Virus record (IMG/VR): IMGVR_UViG_3300033148_008025
Coordinates: 1-64,000 of that record
Direction: 5' to 3' (one strand)
Length of the DNA: 64,000 nt
From: a virus
Shown here: positions 37,812 through 46,982 of the stretch, one piece after another
How positions within the stretch are numbered: position 1 is the stretch's first letter
How the letters are laid out: every line of letters starts with the position of its first letter
The notes under the pieces: generated by a model
Told to the model about the DNA's origin: nothing
The model's input: only the letters and a program-made list of their open reading frames with translations
The model's database searches: none
Program-made: the position numbers and the translations under genes

Positions 37812-38438
37812 ATGATTTTCAGAGTGCTCAGGATCGTAGTGATCCTCCTGATTGCCGCTGGTGGAATCCTTGGAATCTACAGCATGCATCACAGGGAAAC
37901 CCTACATGAGCCAACGTGGGATGAGAGGGGAATTGCTGTCGAGCACAGGAGGGGAGATATTCCTCTTTCCGTTTTCGTTGATCGAAGCTTTGGAGGCGAC
38001 CACGTAGCAAGCGCAGAGAGAGCGATTTCCAGTATCAACCGTGATGCCGGATGTACTCTTATGAGCCCAATCTATCTGCTGGACAATGCTGATATCCATA
38101 TTCGCCATGAGGCTTGCGATGAGGGTTCGGAGTTTCAGCCAAATCACCCAGGCTGCACCTGGTCAAATCCTTCCAGGGAGCGCACGATTATCCAGGTTGG
38201 ACAACCAGGTAATACGACAACATCGTACTTAATCTTCTACCACGAACTCACACATGCCATAGGCTTGGCTCACGACGGCGTATATGTCGTCCCAGGGCGA
38301 GGAGATGAATCCTTGATGTTTGTCCCGATCACTGCCAACAACGCCCACGAGCACAGCTACAGGCTTGGTATAGGGAAGCATCTGCCTTCCATGTCTGACA
38401 AAGATCGAAGCGTGCTGAAACAGCGATACTGTGAGTAG
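37812..38438 (+). CDS. metzincin (matrixin/M10-like) zinc metalloprotease with N-terminal signal/TM
   Basis: HELTHAIGLAHD = HExxHxxGxxH; Met-turn SLM; hydrophobic N-terminus. Confidence 0.85.
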   Translation: MIFRVLRIVVILLIAAGGILGIYSMHHRETLHEPTWDERGIAVEHRRGDIPLSVFVDRSFGGDHVASAERAISSINRDAGCTLMSPIYLLDNADIHIRHEACDEGSEFQPNHPGCTWSNPSRERTIIQVGQPGNTTTSYLIFYHELTHAIGLAHDGVYVVPGRGDESLMFVPITANNAHEHSYRLGIGKHLPSMSDKDRSVLKQRYCE

Positions 38439-38488
38439 CTAAAAAAAGACCCATCTTCGCAGAGGTTCCACGCAGTGCGAAGAGGGTC
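38438..38488 (-). terminator. Rho-independent terminator with long stem
   Basis: Minus strand GACCC-TCTTCGCA...TGCGAAGA-T-GGGTC-TTTTTTTAGC, at a convergent junction. Confidence 0.75.
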
Positions 38489-38511
38489 AAAGCTGACATC
38501 ACTGCCAGCTA

Positions 38512-38784
38512 TTAGTAGATAGCGACGGCGACGCCCGCTCCAAGTGTAACAAGGTCTTCAGCAAGGTAGTGGCCTTTGCCTTTGACGAAGTACTTTACGT
38601 GGTCTGGGACGACGACTTCCTTGTTTCCGATTCCGAATACGAGGAATCCCTCGCTGAGGTGAAACCCTTTCTCGGGGTCTTTGTCGGCCCCAACTTCTAG
38701 AAGGAACTTTGCTACGGTTTCAGTATCTCCAATCCAGCTCATTGATGGGGTCTCCCGTGTTTTGTTTCGAGCCTGTGAATACAC
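38512..38784 (-). CDS. small hypothetical protein
   Basis: Probable start MSWIGD. Confidence 0.45.
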   Translation of the reverse strand: MYSQARNKTRETPSMSWIGDTETVAKFLLEVGADKDPEKGFHLSEGFLVFGIGNKEVVVPDHVKYFVKGKGHYLAEDLVTLGAGVAVAIY

Positions 38785-38979
38785 TCACGCAATGCATCTT
38801 CCGGCTCTTTGTGTTCATTTCTTGAATAGTCGTAAACCCGATCTGGTCCGAGTTTGATGACGCATCGCTCTATTCCGGTTCTATCTAGAACCTCAGAGAT
38901 GATGTTTACTGGCGTGTCTTTACTTACACTCAGATCGAGATAGACGAGTTCACGCAGCTCTCTGATGCACTGGTTGTAG

Positions 38980-39426
38980 TCAAGCATCTACCATCTCAGG
39001 GCTGATCGCTACGGCAACTTGCGCAGGGCGTAGCAACTTCCCCTTTCGGGTGTACCCTTGCCTAACTTGGCCGGCAACGTGGTGGTGTGGGATTTCTGCA
39101 GATGGGACCTCTGCAACTGCTTCCATTGTCTGTGGATCGAATGGCATTCCTTCCGCTGGTACGGCCTGGATGCCAATTTCTAGCAGTTTATGAATGAGAT
39201 GGCCTAGTGCCATGTCAATCCCACGTATCGCATCTTTCTTCCTAATGCCCTTCTGCTTTAGGCTGTTTGTTGCTCGAGCAAAATCATCAATTGCATCCAG
39301 CAGGAGACAGGCAATGTTTTCCTCCCCCTGCTCCCTTGCTCTCGACACGGCTACTGCCGTTTGCTTTCTCATGTTTTCGATTTGAGCAAGCGCTCGCTTG
39401 TACCGATCTTCTTCTTCGTTAGTCAC
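38980..39426 (-). CDS. grpE: GrpE nucleotide exchange factor (N-terminally short)
   Basis: RALAQIENMRKQ, LLDAIDDFARA, GMPFDPQTMEAV, VRQGYTRKGKLLRPAQVAVA. CAGGAG RBS 6 nt before GTG 39426 gives a 148-aa protein. Confidence 0.88.
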   Translation of the reverse strand: MTNEEEDRYKRALAQIENMRKQTAVAVSRAREQGEENIACLLLDAIDDFARATNSLKQKGIRKKDAIRGIDMALGHLIHKLLEIGIQAVPAEGMPFDPQTMEAVAEVPSAEIPHHHVAGQVRQGYTRKGKLLRPAQVAVAISPEMVDA

Positions 39427-39610
39427 AGTAAACTCCTGTGTGTTTTGTGGTGGCGACTCCACTACCTTCAAGAAAGTGGGGGACAGCGCAACAAGGCACT
39501 GTCCCCCGGGTTTCCCAGAGGAGGAGTCCAAGCCACCGCCAAGGTCTAAAATAAATCTGAGTGAACAAAAAGGTGGCCCCGACACATTCGTGTCGAGACC
39601 ACCTGAGTCC

Positions 39611-39874
39611 CTAGGATGGGAGGGTTTCTTCTTTTGCTGCCTCAGTGGCAGGGAGTGTGATTTGCTTCTTGAGCTCAGACACTTCCTCCTGCAGTTTTGG
39701 GATGCAGACGTTCTCGGCTTTCAGCTCGATCAGGCCAGACTCAAGAAACTCAACCTTTTCGTTGAGCTCTTTCACCTTACGCCCGCGGAGGATTATTCCT
39801 CCAAGTGTTCCAGCCACGAAGCCAGCTGCAGCAGTAATTCCAGTTTTGATAATATCGGTCATATTGGACTCCAA
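39611..39874 (-). CDS. membrane-anchored coiled-coil protein
   Basis: TM GITAAAGFVAGTLGGIIL, then heptad repeats. Confidence 0.55.
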   Translation of the reverse strand: MESNMTDIIKTGITAAAGFVAGTLGGIILRGRKVKELNEKVEFLESGLIELKAENVCIPKLQEEVSELKKQITLPATEAAKEETLPS

Positions 39875-39906
39875 TTCTGAGTAGGGGTGATTCCCTCTCT
39901 ACAGTC

Positions 39907-39925
39907 CTTATGCCCGATAGGCTGC
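39907..39925 (-). promoter_or_regulatory. Copy 4 of GCA-N7-9-GGCATAAG motif
   Basis: Minus strand GCAGCCTATCGGGCATAAG, in the gap upstream of ORF 39611-39874. Confidence 0.5.
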
Positions 39926-39936
39926 TGTGCCTGGCT

Positions 39937-40509
39937 TTATTTCAGGGCCCATGCCGTGTCTGCCACTCCAGTTTTCAGCCAGAGTTCACCCGTGCCAGCG
40001 TTGTCTCTTGAGCCAAGAGAGCCGATTGGTGCAGCTACTCCGGTTACGCTTGGGTCCGTTGTTAGCAGGTATGGGAGTCTTCGATTTGCTGCACGCATCC
40101 AATCCGTCTGTGCCCTGTGCCAGCCTTTCGTGTTTCCATTGGCGTTGGACTCAGTCTCTTCGCCGTAGCCAGAAATTCTCGCAGCCGTGTTTGGCATTGG
40201 TAGCGAAACCCGAATGTTCTGCTCGTACATGCCGTTGGCAACGCTTGCTCGAACAACGATAGTTCCAGATTCCGCATCCGCATCCGATGGAACTGTCATC
40301 GTCGGTGTTGCGGTGGTTGGGTTGATGAGGGATACCGACGAATCGAGCGGTGACTCGTCGATAAACCATTCGTAGTCTTCTTCTGAGTTTTCAGGGGCAG
40401 TGTCTACGAAGGAAAGCACCTCTCCCTCGACCAGGTCGTCTTTGTCAACGCCATCCAGCTCAGGGCCAGAAGTGCTTCCTGTTACCTGTATGACTGGCTG
40501 TGCTGGCAT
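39937..40509 (-). CDS. stand-alone paralog of the tail-fibre N-terminal domain
   Basis: Collinear with the first ~190 aa of 41426-46642, including identical GEETESNANGNTKGWH and near-identical APIGS-x-G-x-RDNAG-x-GELW-x-KTG-x-x-DTAWAL. Confidence 0.8.
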   Translation of the reverse strand: MPAQPVIQVTGSTSGPELDGVDKDDLVEGEVLSFVDTAPENSEEDYEWFIDESPLDSSVSLINPTTATPTMTVPSDADAESGTIVVRASVANGMYEQNIRVSLPMPNTAARISGYGEETESNANGNTKGWHRAQTDWMRAANRRLPYLLTTDPSVTGVAAPIGSLGSRDNAGTGELWLKTGVADTAWALK

Positions 40510-40515
40510 GGCTGA

Positions 40516-41073
40516 CTAGTTCTGAGCTTGATCTGCGCTTGCAGCTTTTTTGTTTGCAGCTTTTTGTGTTGCAACCCTCTTCGCCTTGCTCGGCTTCTTT
40601 TCTTTGAGGTCGACAACCAGCTCGATGAATGGCATGAACTGCATTGCAATAAATCCATCCCGATAGAGAGGCTGCGATGGGTTCTTGATGACATCGACAA
40701 GAAGCTTCCAATCGCTCTCGTCAAGAATCACCACGGCTCCAGCCTTCGCTCCCTTGCACGCTTTTGTGATTCTAGTGATTTGCTCCCAGGACTCAAATCC
40801 TTCATTGAACTTTTTGTCACGAAGGGCAAACGTCCTGATCCAACTCCAAAATGTTTCCGGATCTGCATCTCGAAAGATGGGACTTGCTCCAGCCTGCATT
40901 TCTGCTTGGCTTGGCTGTGTCTTCTTGTCATCAAGAGCCTGAATCGGCTTGTCGTTGTCGTCGAGAAGGACGATTGGTTCTGGGATGGTGAGATATCTTG
41001 GCATTTGATGTTTTCCTCTGATTGGGATTTGTGCGGGTACTATGTTTTGCAGTACCCGCACAGCATCATACAC
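40516..41073 (-). CDS. hypothetical protein, possible tail-fibre chaperone
   Basis: Helical and charged, located directly downstream of the fibre cluster; probable start MPRYLTIPE. Confidence 0.5.
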   Translation of the reverse strand: MYDAVRVLQNIVPAQIPIRGKHQMPRYLTIPEPIVLLDDNDKPIQALDDKKTQPSQAEMQAGASPIFRDADPETFWSWIRTFALRDKKFNEGFESWEQITRITKACKGAKAGAVVILDESDWKLLVDVIKNPSQPLYRDGFIAMQFMPFIELVVDLKEKKPSKAKRVATQKAANKKAASADQAQN

Positions 41074-41076
41074 ATT

Positions 41077-41505
41077 TTAGAGTCCGAGGACAGCCTTCCC
41101 GTCATCGTGGATGCGCTTAAGTACGGGGAAAATCTTGTCCTCATCTCCTGCAACAAGGCCAGAGTGGCCATCCATGACTGCGGTCCACTCGGTCCACCGG
41201 ACCCCACCAGATTTTCCATCCGCCCTTATCACAGGAATACCTCGTCGAACAAAGGTTTGCTCTTTGACTGTAGGGCTGCCTGGGATAGCAGGGGGTAAGC
41301 CGATCACGTCTTCATGATCGGATGGGAGTACAAGGAACTCAATGCGGGTTCCCGCGGAGACGTTTCCGTCTGTCATTTCATTTGCTGATTCGCCTGCGAT
41401 TGCCATTTGTTTTTCTTTCCGTTGGTTAACACTCGACGCCGAGTGTTGCAAAAACTTTACGAGAACCCGAGTACGACCCGTTAAACAGTGCTCTGATTCT
41501 AACAA
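41077..41505 (-). CDS. hypothetical protein downstream of fibre gene
   Basis: Probable start MAIAGES (~41405) after the fibre stop. Confidence 0.5.
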   Translation of the reverse strand: MLESEHCLTGRTRVLVKFLQHSASSVNQRKEKQMAIAGESANEMTDGNVSAGTRIEFLVLPSDHEDVIGLPPAIPGSPTVKEQTFVRRGIPVIRADGKSGGVRWTEWTAVMDGHSGLVAGDEDKIFPVLKRIHDDGKAVLGL

Positions 41506-44500
41506 GGTCGCCCTTGCTCGCTGCGTCTGTATCCTTGGCTTGCGATGCGTAGTTCACTCGGTCTGTCGGTGCCGTGGTGTTCAGCACTGTTGCTGGGCTA
41601 CCGGACGAGCCCCAAGCATCGCTCCAAGAAGAACCTTCGTCATCTGAGGTCTGCACCCAGAAACTCACCTGTCCCGTACCTAGTGCTGTCTCAGCCCACA
41701 CTGAAATCTCGACGATGGAACCATCACGCGGCATAACAAACCAACCGTAGGAGTCGTCGCCTACTGTGGTCGAGCCATCAAACCGCATAGTATATGTATT
41801 GGACGCTGCTGGGCTGGTTAGATACACAAGAGGCAGAGTTCTTCTGAAGCCTCCTAGCGCGTCGATGTCGAGCGATGCAGTGAGACTGGAGCAAGTAACA
41901 GCGCCACCACACGTTATGGCATCTACGTATAGTCGTTGCCAACGATAAGACGCGTGACCTAGTAACCTAGAACTGTCGGTGCTGGGCCTTACGTCACAGT
42001 TGAAGTGTGCGCCAGAAGAAGTACCGTAGGGAGACTTGAAGGTCAACATCGTTGACCAACCCGTGCTGTCCTGCGTAGCTATCTCAAAGCTTGAATCGAA
42101 CGAAGCTTCTGATTGACTGCCTGCTTTCGCCTGCATAGACCAATTGAACGTACGTAGTGCATCTCCGTACACTGAGCCTTGCCACAGCAATGCCGGTGAG
42201 TCTTGTTCGCCATAGGTCACGTCTGCGTCGGTAGAGTTAGCTAACTCAAGACCTGCAACGTTATGGTCGACTGAAGGACTCGCGTCCCGAACATCGTTGC
42301 GGTAAATCGAGGAGACAGGAACGCCTGTGCCGTTAGATGTCCAACGCTGACGTTCAGTACCACTTGCTGTAACTGCCATCACGCTACCACCAGGGAAGAA
42401 GACCCCTGTATCAGCGTCTGAGTTATTCCTAATCCCTGGAACACTTTCTGTGCCTGTTATCACGGAGAGAGGCACGTAGACCGACAGGATGGTGTTCTTC
42501 AGGTACATCCGACGAGTACCACCAGTCCAGAACTCTAGCTGATCGTCTAGTGGCGCAGTGATGTACGTGTCGCTGGCGTCGAAGTACGTAGCTTGACCTA
42601 AGCCACCGTAGGTGTTCGCAGCGTTGTACATGTGCTGAGAACCGTCCCAGCGACAAGCCTCTAAGAGAGCTGTGGATACTGCAATCTCGGAGTTCGCAGG
42701 GCGGAAGAGTCCTGAGTTGTTGTCGTTCAGGCGTAGTGCAGGAACGGCTGCGTTGTCACCGAAGCCAGACGTTATGTTGATGTCATGAAAACCAATCCCA
42801 AGCCTGTGCCTCTGGGAAGATGCAGAGTATATGTAGAGCACGTCACCCGCACCGTGGTGGATGTAGTCACCCGACGCAACGGGGCCAAAGTATATCCTCG
42901 GATTAGAATTATTGGGTCCTATGTTGATGTCTCCATCCGAGTAAACCTTGAGGACGTCTTCGTATGCTCCACCATCGAGGCTACTCTTTAAGACAAGTTC
43001 TGATGTGGGAGTTGCAGCGTCCTCGACAGTCTCAAGTTGGAAAGCCATCTTGGCTTCTTGGGACTCTACACCCGTGAGGCGTGTCTGCCCTTCGAAGACG
43101 AGCATGGGTGAGTACTGGACGACACCATCTGCTGCATCTTGCAGGTTGAGAAGCTCTACACTGTGAGTCTCTGCCGTTCCGATGTTGTCGTATCGGCCTC
43201 GAAGTTGCCGCCCGAAGACTGTGCTCCATTGCCTGGTCGCACCTCCAAGATTCTTGGTGTTATCTGTGCTCGGCCTAAACGTTGTCGTGACATCGGTATT
43301 GCTCGAACCAAGATTGAGAATCTTGACGCCTAGGTATGCCAGTGAAAGCCCCCCAGCGTCGAGGTAGGTTCCGCTCGTGACGTCGCTTGCGTAGCTGTAG
43401 CTCGGGGCTCCTACTAACCCGTCTGGTACAAGAGTTTGCTGGGATGCGTTCCAGCGCATGGCTTCTAAGCCTGCTGTCGAAATACCGACCTCAGATGCAG
43501 CTGGGCGAAAGACACCTGAGTTTGTGTCAGAGAGCCTAATCGCAGGAGCAGCAGCCGAGCTACCTGCTGTATTTATCTCGTAATAACCTGCGCCGAATTT
43601 GTGCCATTGCCCTGAACCCATGCTGAGTGCCATATAGTTCGACGACGACATGGTGATGTAGTTCGTGGAGCTGTTCGTACCCATGCGAATTCGCGCAGTG
43701 GCACTAACCGGGTTGACCACAAGGTCTCCACCTGACTGAATGACTAAGCGGTCGTCGTATGCTGCGCCGTCTATGCTGCTCTTGAACACAAGGTCGCCAG
43801 TGGGCGGACCTGCCTGTTCTTCCGTGCGAGTCTGCATGGCAAACGCAACGTACTTTGAGCCAACAGCAACAGAGTCATAACCCATCCCCGCCAGCCTAAT
43901 CATGGCGCTGTATTGCTGCGTGCCGCCTCCAATGGCCCCGCTTGAGTTGACAAGGTTGTAGCCTACGCTTTCACCTTCGCCGACGTTCGTGCTGTAGTGT
44001 GTGTGTGTGGCCGCGTTGTAGATATGGCGTGCTCCACCAGCAATGATGAACTGCACGTTGTCATCGGCAGACGCTTTGAACATTGTGTCGCCATCGTCGT
44101 CCAACACAAGTCCCTGACCTGTGCCAAGAACAACGTCACCCGAAAAGGTCGCGTCTAGAGAGGCGTCTAGCAGCAGAGCCTGAGTTCCTCCTGTTGCAAA
44201 GCCTAGAGTGTCTGGGGCTCCAGCGTTCCCCCAGAAGACCCCGGTGTCTACGTCTCCTTGTGATGCTAGTTGCAGTACCGAAGCCGAACCTGAAGCGCTA
44301 GCAGTTCGAATTACGCCGCCACGCAGGAACATGGAGGAGGTCCCGTTGACTACAAATCCCACGGTACCCGCAGCAACTAGGTACATTCCTGATGTTGTCT
44401 GTGCGCTGAAAGAGTATGTAGGAGCACCAGACGTGCCGCTGCCTAACTGGTGCGGGTCTGGGTGCGTGCCGCCTACGCCTAGCTGAGTCGATACACCAAG

Positions 44501-46699
44501 CCCGTCGATGAACCAGAGCGTCTGGTCGTTCTTTGCCCAGACTTGACCGTAACCAGCGTTGCTCGCTGTTGCTGCTGCGCGTTCTTGCAGCTCAAGAGTA
44601 TTACTAATGCGCATCACTGTTGTAGACATGCGCATCTGCTCTGCACCGCCTACAGCAAACTTGAGATAGGTGGCGTCTCCGTACATCCCGCTGCCTAGGT
44701 TGGAGCTGAGCGCTAGCGAGGGCGCTGTTGCGAGACCATCTGGAATGACGCTCTGCTGAGATGCGTTCCAGTGCATCGCTGCTGTCGCTGCTGTGGCTAC
44801 ACCTATTGAATCCGCTGCGAGCCGATAGAACCCAGATGTGAGACTCTGGTTCCAAGTAAACGCAGGCGTTGCAGCGCTACCGTTTACGTTAGAGGCTGTC
44901 TGACTAGGGAGAATTCGTAGCGTGGCTGTCGTAGATGCTACAAGCATCAATGAGTGTCCTACGCCTTTGCATATACCCGTAAGTGTAGAGCCGCTGAAGG
45001 CTAGGGAGGGCACCGCTGCGGAGCCGTCAGGTATAATGGTCTGTTGATTCTCGTTCCACCTCATCGCCTCCACACCTGCCGTGGTGACAGCTGCATGGCC
45101 AACAGTGTCGAAAAAGAATCCCGAATCCGCGTCGTCATTGTTCCTAATGCCTGGTGCTAAAGCCGTGCCTGGTATCGGTGACATCGGAACACTCATCGAC
45201 AGGATGGCACCAGTGAGCCGCATACGCCTACCACTCGATGCGTGGAAGTCCATCGTGTCGTCTACGCTGGCGTGTATGTACGTGTCATCGTCATCGTCAA
45301 GAATAAGACGTTGGCCAATGCCCATGCCAACGTTGGCTTTCACAAGCATGTTTTGCGAAGCGTCCAGACGCATCGCTTCTGCTCCAGCCGTAGCAAAACC
45401 CAGAACGTCCGGGTCACCCGAATTACCCCAGAATGTCCCAGTATTCGCGTCGCCCTGAGAACTTAGGTGTAGATTGACTGCGTCACCTGAACCACCTACT
45501 ACGCGAATCTCGCCAGGCACAAGGTGCATTGCTGCACTGCCTTGAACCGTAAATGACATCTGACCAGCAGCCGAGAGGTATCTACCCGTGTTAGTTTCCG
45601 AGGTATAGCTCGACGAAGGCGCGGTCACCGTCCCATCCACTAGGCGCAAGTTTTTGTTCACCTGGACACGCGACGTAGACATGGAAATGATGGACTGTCC
45701 ACCAGCAACCATGCGTGTCTCGCTTGACACGTAGTACATCCCGTAACCAGTTGCCCCCACAAAGGAGTAGGCCGGTGCGCCGGCAGTAGTACTCCCAGCC
45801 CCCAGGGCCTGCCCGGCATCCCATTCAATGGCAGCTCCACTGCCACTGTTTGCAATAGCCAGTGCAGAATCGTTGGCATTTGCACCCATGATAAGGCTGA
45901 GTGCGTTTCCGGAATTTGCCACCGAAACTGGTGCCTTAGTCAGGCTTAGGACATTGTTTCCATCGTCAAGAGCCCTGCTAATAGCCACAGGGCCACTCGC
46001 AGACGTTATGATGGTCGGCCCTCCGTCGTAGGCCTCCTGCAGGTTGCTGACGCCACCACCTCCACCGCCACCAACGAGGGCCCAGGCAGTATCCCCTCCT
46101 CCGGTTTTCTGCCAGAGCTCTCCTACGCCAGCATTGTCTCTTTGGCCAATCGATCCGATCGGCGCTTCTAGTCCTCCACCCGCGCTCGGATCAGCAGACA
46201 GCAAGTACGCAAGCCGTGCGTTCGCTGCTCGCATCCATTCGGTCTGAGACTTGTGCCATCCCTTCGTGTTGCCATTGGCGTTGGATTCAGTCTCTTCGCC
46301 GAAGTGCGGGATCCTCGTCCCAGTATTCGGCTGCGGCAGCGAGATCCTGATTGTGCTCAGGTAGACACCGTTGACAACTCCGCGAAGAAGGACTGTTCCA
46401 GACCCAGTCGCTGCATCTGCTGGAACCACAAAGCTTGGGCTTGCTGTTCCAGCATTGATGAGTGAAATCGAGGTATCTATCGGTGTGTCATCAAGAAACC
46501 ACTGATAGGATTGCCCAGAGTTTGAAGCCTCAGAATCCACAATGGTGACTACTTCACCGGCAATAAGGTTGACCTTATCAACACCAGGAATGCCAGCTCC
46601 TGAGGAAGATCCTGTTGCCTGAATGATTGGATTAGCTGCCACGGTGAAACCATTGTACAAGGATTGGAAGAGATAGTGCAGTCCCTGGAATTGTGCCAA
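41426..46699 (-). CDS. large tail-fibre / receptor-binding-like protein
   Basis: About 1740 aa, rich in G/S/A/T. Many G-x-x-x-AP-x-Y/I-S-F...D-x-G-x-F/Y repeats, LDDD-x-DT-x-I-x-A-x-x-DD repeats and two RPSTD-x-x-x-x-LG-x-x-x-x-x-W motifs typical of phage fibres. Probable start GTG 46642 by alignment with the paralog. Confidence 0.8.
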   Translation of the reverse strand: MAQFQGLHYLFQSLYNGFTVAANPIIQATGSSSGAGIPGVDKVNLIAGEVVTIVDSEASNSGQSYQWFLDDTPIDTSISLINAGTASPSFVVPADAATGSGTVLLRGVVNGVYLSTIRISLPQPNTGTRIPHFGEETESNANGNTKGWHKSQTEWMRAANARLAYLLSADPSAGGGLEAPIGSIGQRDNAGVGELWQKTGGGDTAWALVGGGGGGGVSNLQEAYDGGPTIITSASGPVAISRALDDGNNVLSLTKAPVSVANSGNALSLIMGANANDSALAIANSGSGAAIEWDAGQALGAGSTTAGAPAYSFVGATGYGMYYVSSETRMVAGGQSIISMSTSRVQVNKNLRLVDGTVTAPSSSYTSETNTGRYLSAAGQMSFTVQGSAAMHLVPGEIRVVGGSGDAVNLHLSSQGDANTGTFWGNSGDPDVLGFATAGAEAMRLDASQNMLVKANVGMGIGQRLILDDDDDTYIHASVDDTMDFHASSGRRMRLTGAILSMSVPMSPIPGTALAPGIRNNDDADSGFFFDTVGHAAVTTAGVEAMRWNENQQTIIPDGSAAVPSLAFSGSTLTGICKGVGHSLMLVASTTATLRILPSQTASNVNGSAATPAFTWNQSLTSGFYRLAADSIGVATAATAAMHWNASQQSVIPDGLATAPSLALSSNLGSGMYGDATYLKFAVGGAEQMRMSTTVMRISNTLELQERAAATASNAGYGQVWAKNDQTLWFIDGLGVSTQLGVGGTHPDPHQLGSGTSGAPTYSFSAQTTSGMYLVAAGTVGFVVNGTSSMFLRGGVIRTASASGSASVLQLASQGDVDTGVFWGNAGAPDTLGFATGGTQALLLDASLDATFSGDVVLGTGQGLVLDDDGDTMFKASADDNVQFIIAGGARHIYNAATHTHYSTNVGEGESVGYNLVNSSGAIGGGTQQYSAMIRLAGMGYDSVAVGSKYVAFAMQTRTEEQAGPPTGDLVFKSSIDGAAYDDRLVIQSGGDLVVNPVSATARIRMGTNSSTNYITMSSSNYMALSMGSGQWHKFGAGYYEINTAGSSAAAPAIRLSDTNSGVFRPAASEVGISTAGLEAMRWNASQQTLVPDGLVGAPSYSYASDVTSGTYLDAGGLSLAYLGVKILNLGSSNTDVTTTFRPSTDNTKNLGGATRQWSTVFGRQLRGRYDNIGTAETHSVELLNLQDAADGVVQYSPMLVFEGQTRLTGVESQEAKMAFQLETVEDAATPTSELVLKSSLDGGAYEDVLKVYSDGDINIGPNNSNPRIYFGPVASGDYIHHGAGDVLYIYSASSQRHRLGIGFHDINITSGFGDNAAVPALRLNDNNSGLFRPANSEIAVSTALLEACRWDGSQHMYNAANTYGGLGQATYFDASDTYITAPLDDQLEFWTGGTRRMYLKNTILSVYVPLSVITGTESVPGIRNNSDADTGVFFPGGSVMAVTASGTERQRWTSNGTGVPVSSIYRNDVRDASPSVDHNVAGLELANSTDADVTYGEQDSPALLWQGSVYGDALRTFNWSMQAKAGSQSEASFDSSFEIATQDSTGWSTMLTFKSPYGTSSGAHFNCDVRPSTDSSRLLGHASYRWQRLYVDAITCGGAVTCSSLTASLDIDALGGFRRTLPLVYLTSPAASNTYTMRFDGSTTVGDDSYGWFVMPRDGSIVEISVWAETALGTGQVSFWVQTSDDEGSSWSDAWGSSGSPATVLNTTAPTDRVNYASQAKDTDAASKGDLVRIRALFNGSYSGSRKVFATLGVEC

Positions 46700-46796
46700 C
46701 TTTACACCGATCTGACAGACCAGTAGCTAAAAATAGTTTTTGATGCCTTTCTCCCAGAAATCACGCTGAGCGTGATTCCTGGGATAAGATGCCCTA

Positions 46797-46982
46797 GTGT
46801 TTAGGTCTCTACAGTGCTGGGTACTTGGCCATCGCTGGCGAGTCATGCTCCTGTCTGAAAGACATGAGCGAATGGTGGATGTGCATCCCATGGCTGGAAC
46901 TCTCGCTCACTGCATGAGATGCAGTCTTGTCTGGGATGACATTCCTAGATCTCCCCAAAAATCGACAACTGCCCACCAGTAG
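46797..46982 (+). CDS. small DUF1660-like Cys/His protein
   Basis: LQCWVLGHRW...HCMRC. Confidence 0.45.
   Translation: MFRSLQCWVLGHRWRVMLLSERHERMVDVHPMAGTLAHCMRCSLVWDDIPRSPQKSTTAHQ

Noticed and set aside
40528-41298. 256-aa plus-strand ORF and other long antisense ORFs (e.g. 1928-2491, 17045-17554, 27493-27774, 36907-37497)
   Set aside because: They lie opposite well-supported genes, lack motifs and an RBS, and look like shadow frames.
41426-46699. Diversity-generating retroelement targeting the fibre C-terminus
   Set aside because: No reverse transcriptase and no adenine-specific template/variable repeat pair. The duplication found is at the N-terminus and differs at all base types.
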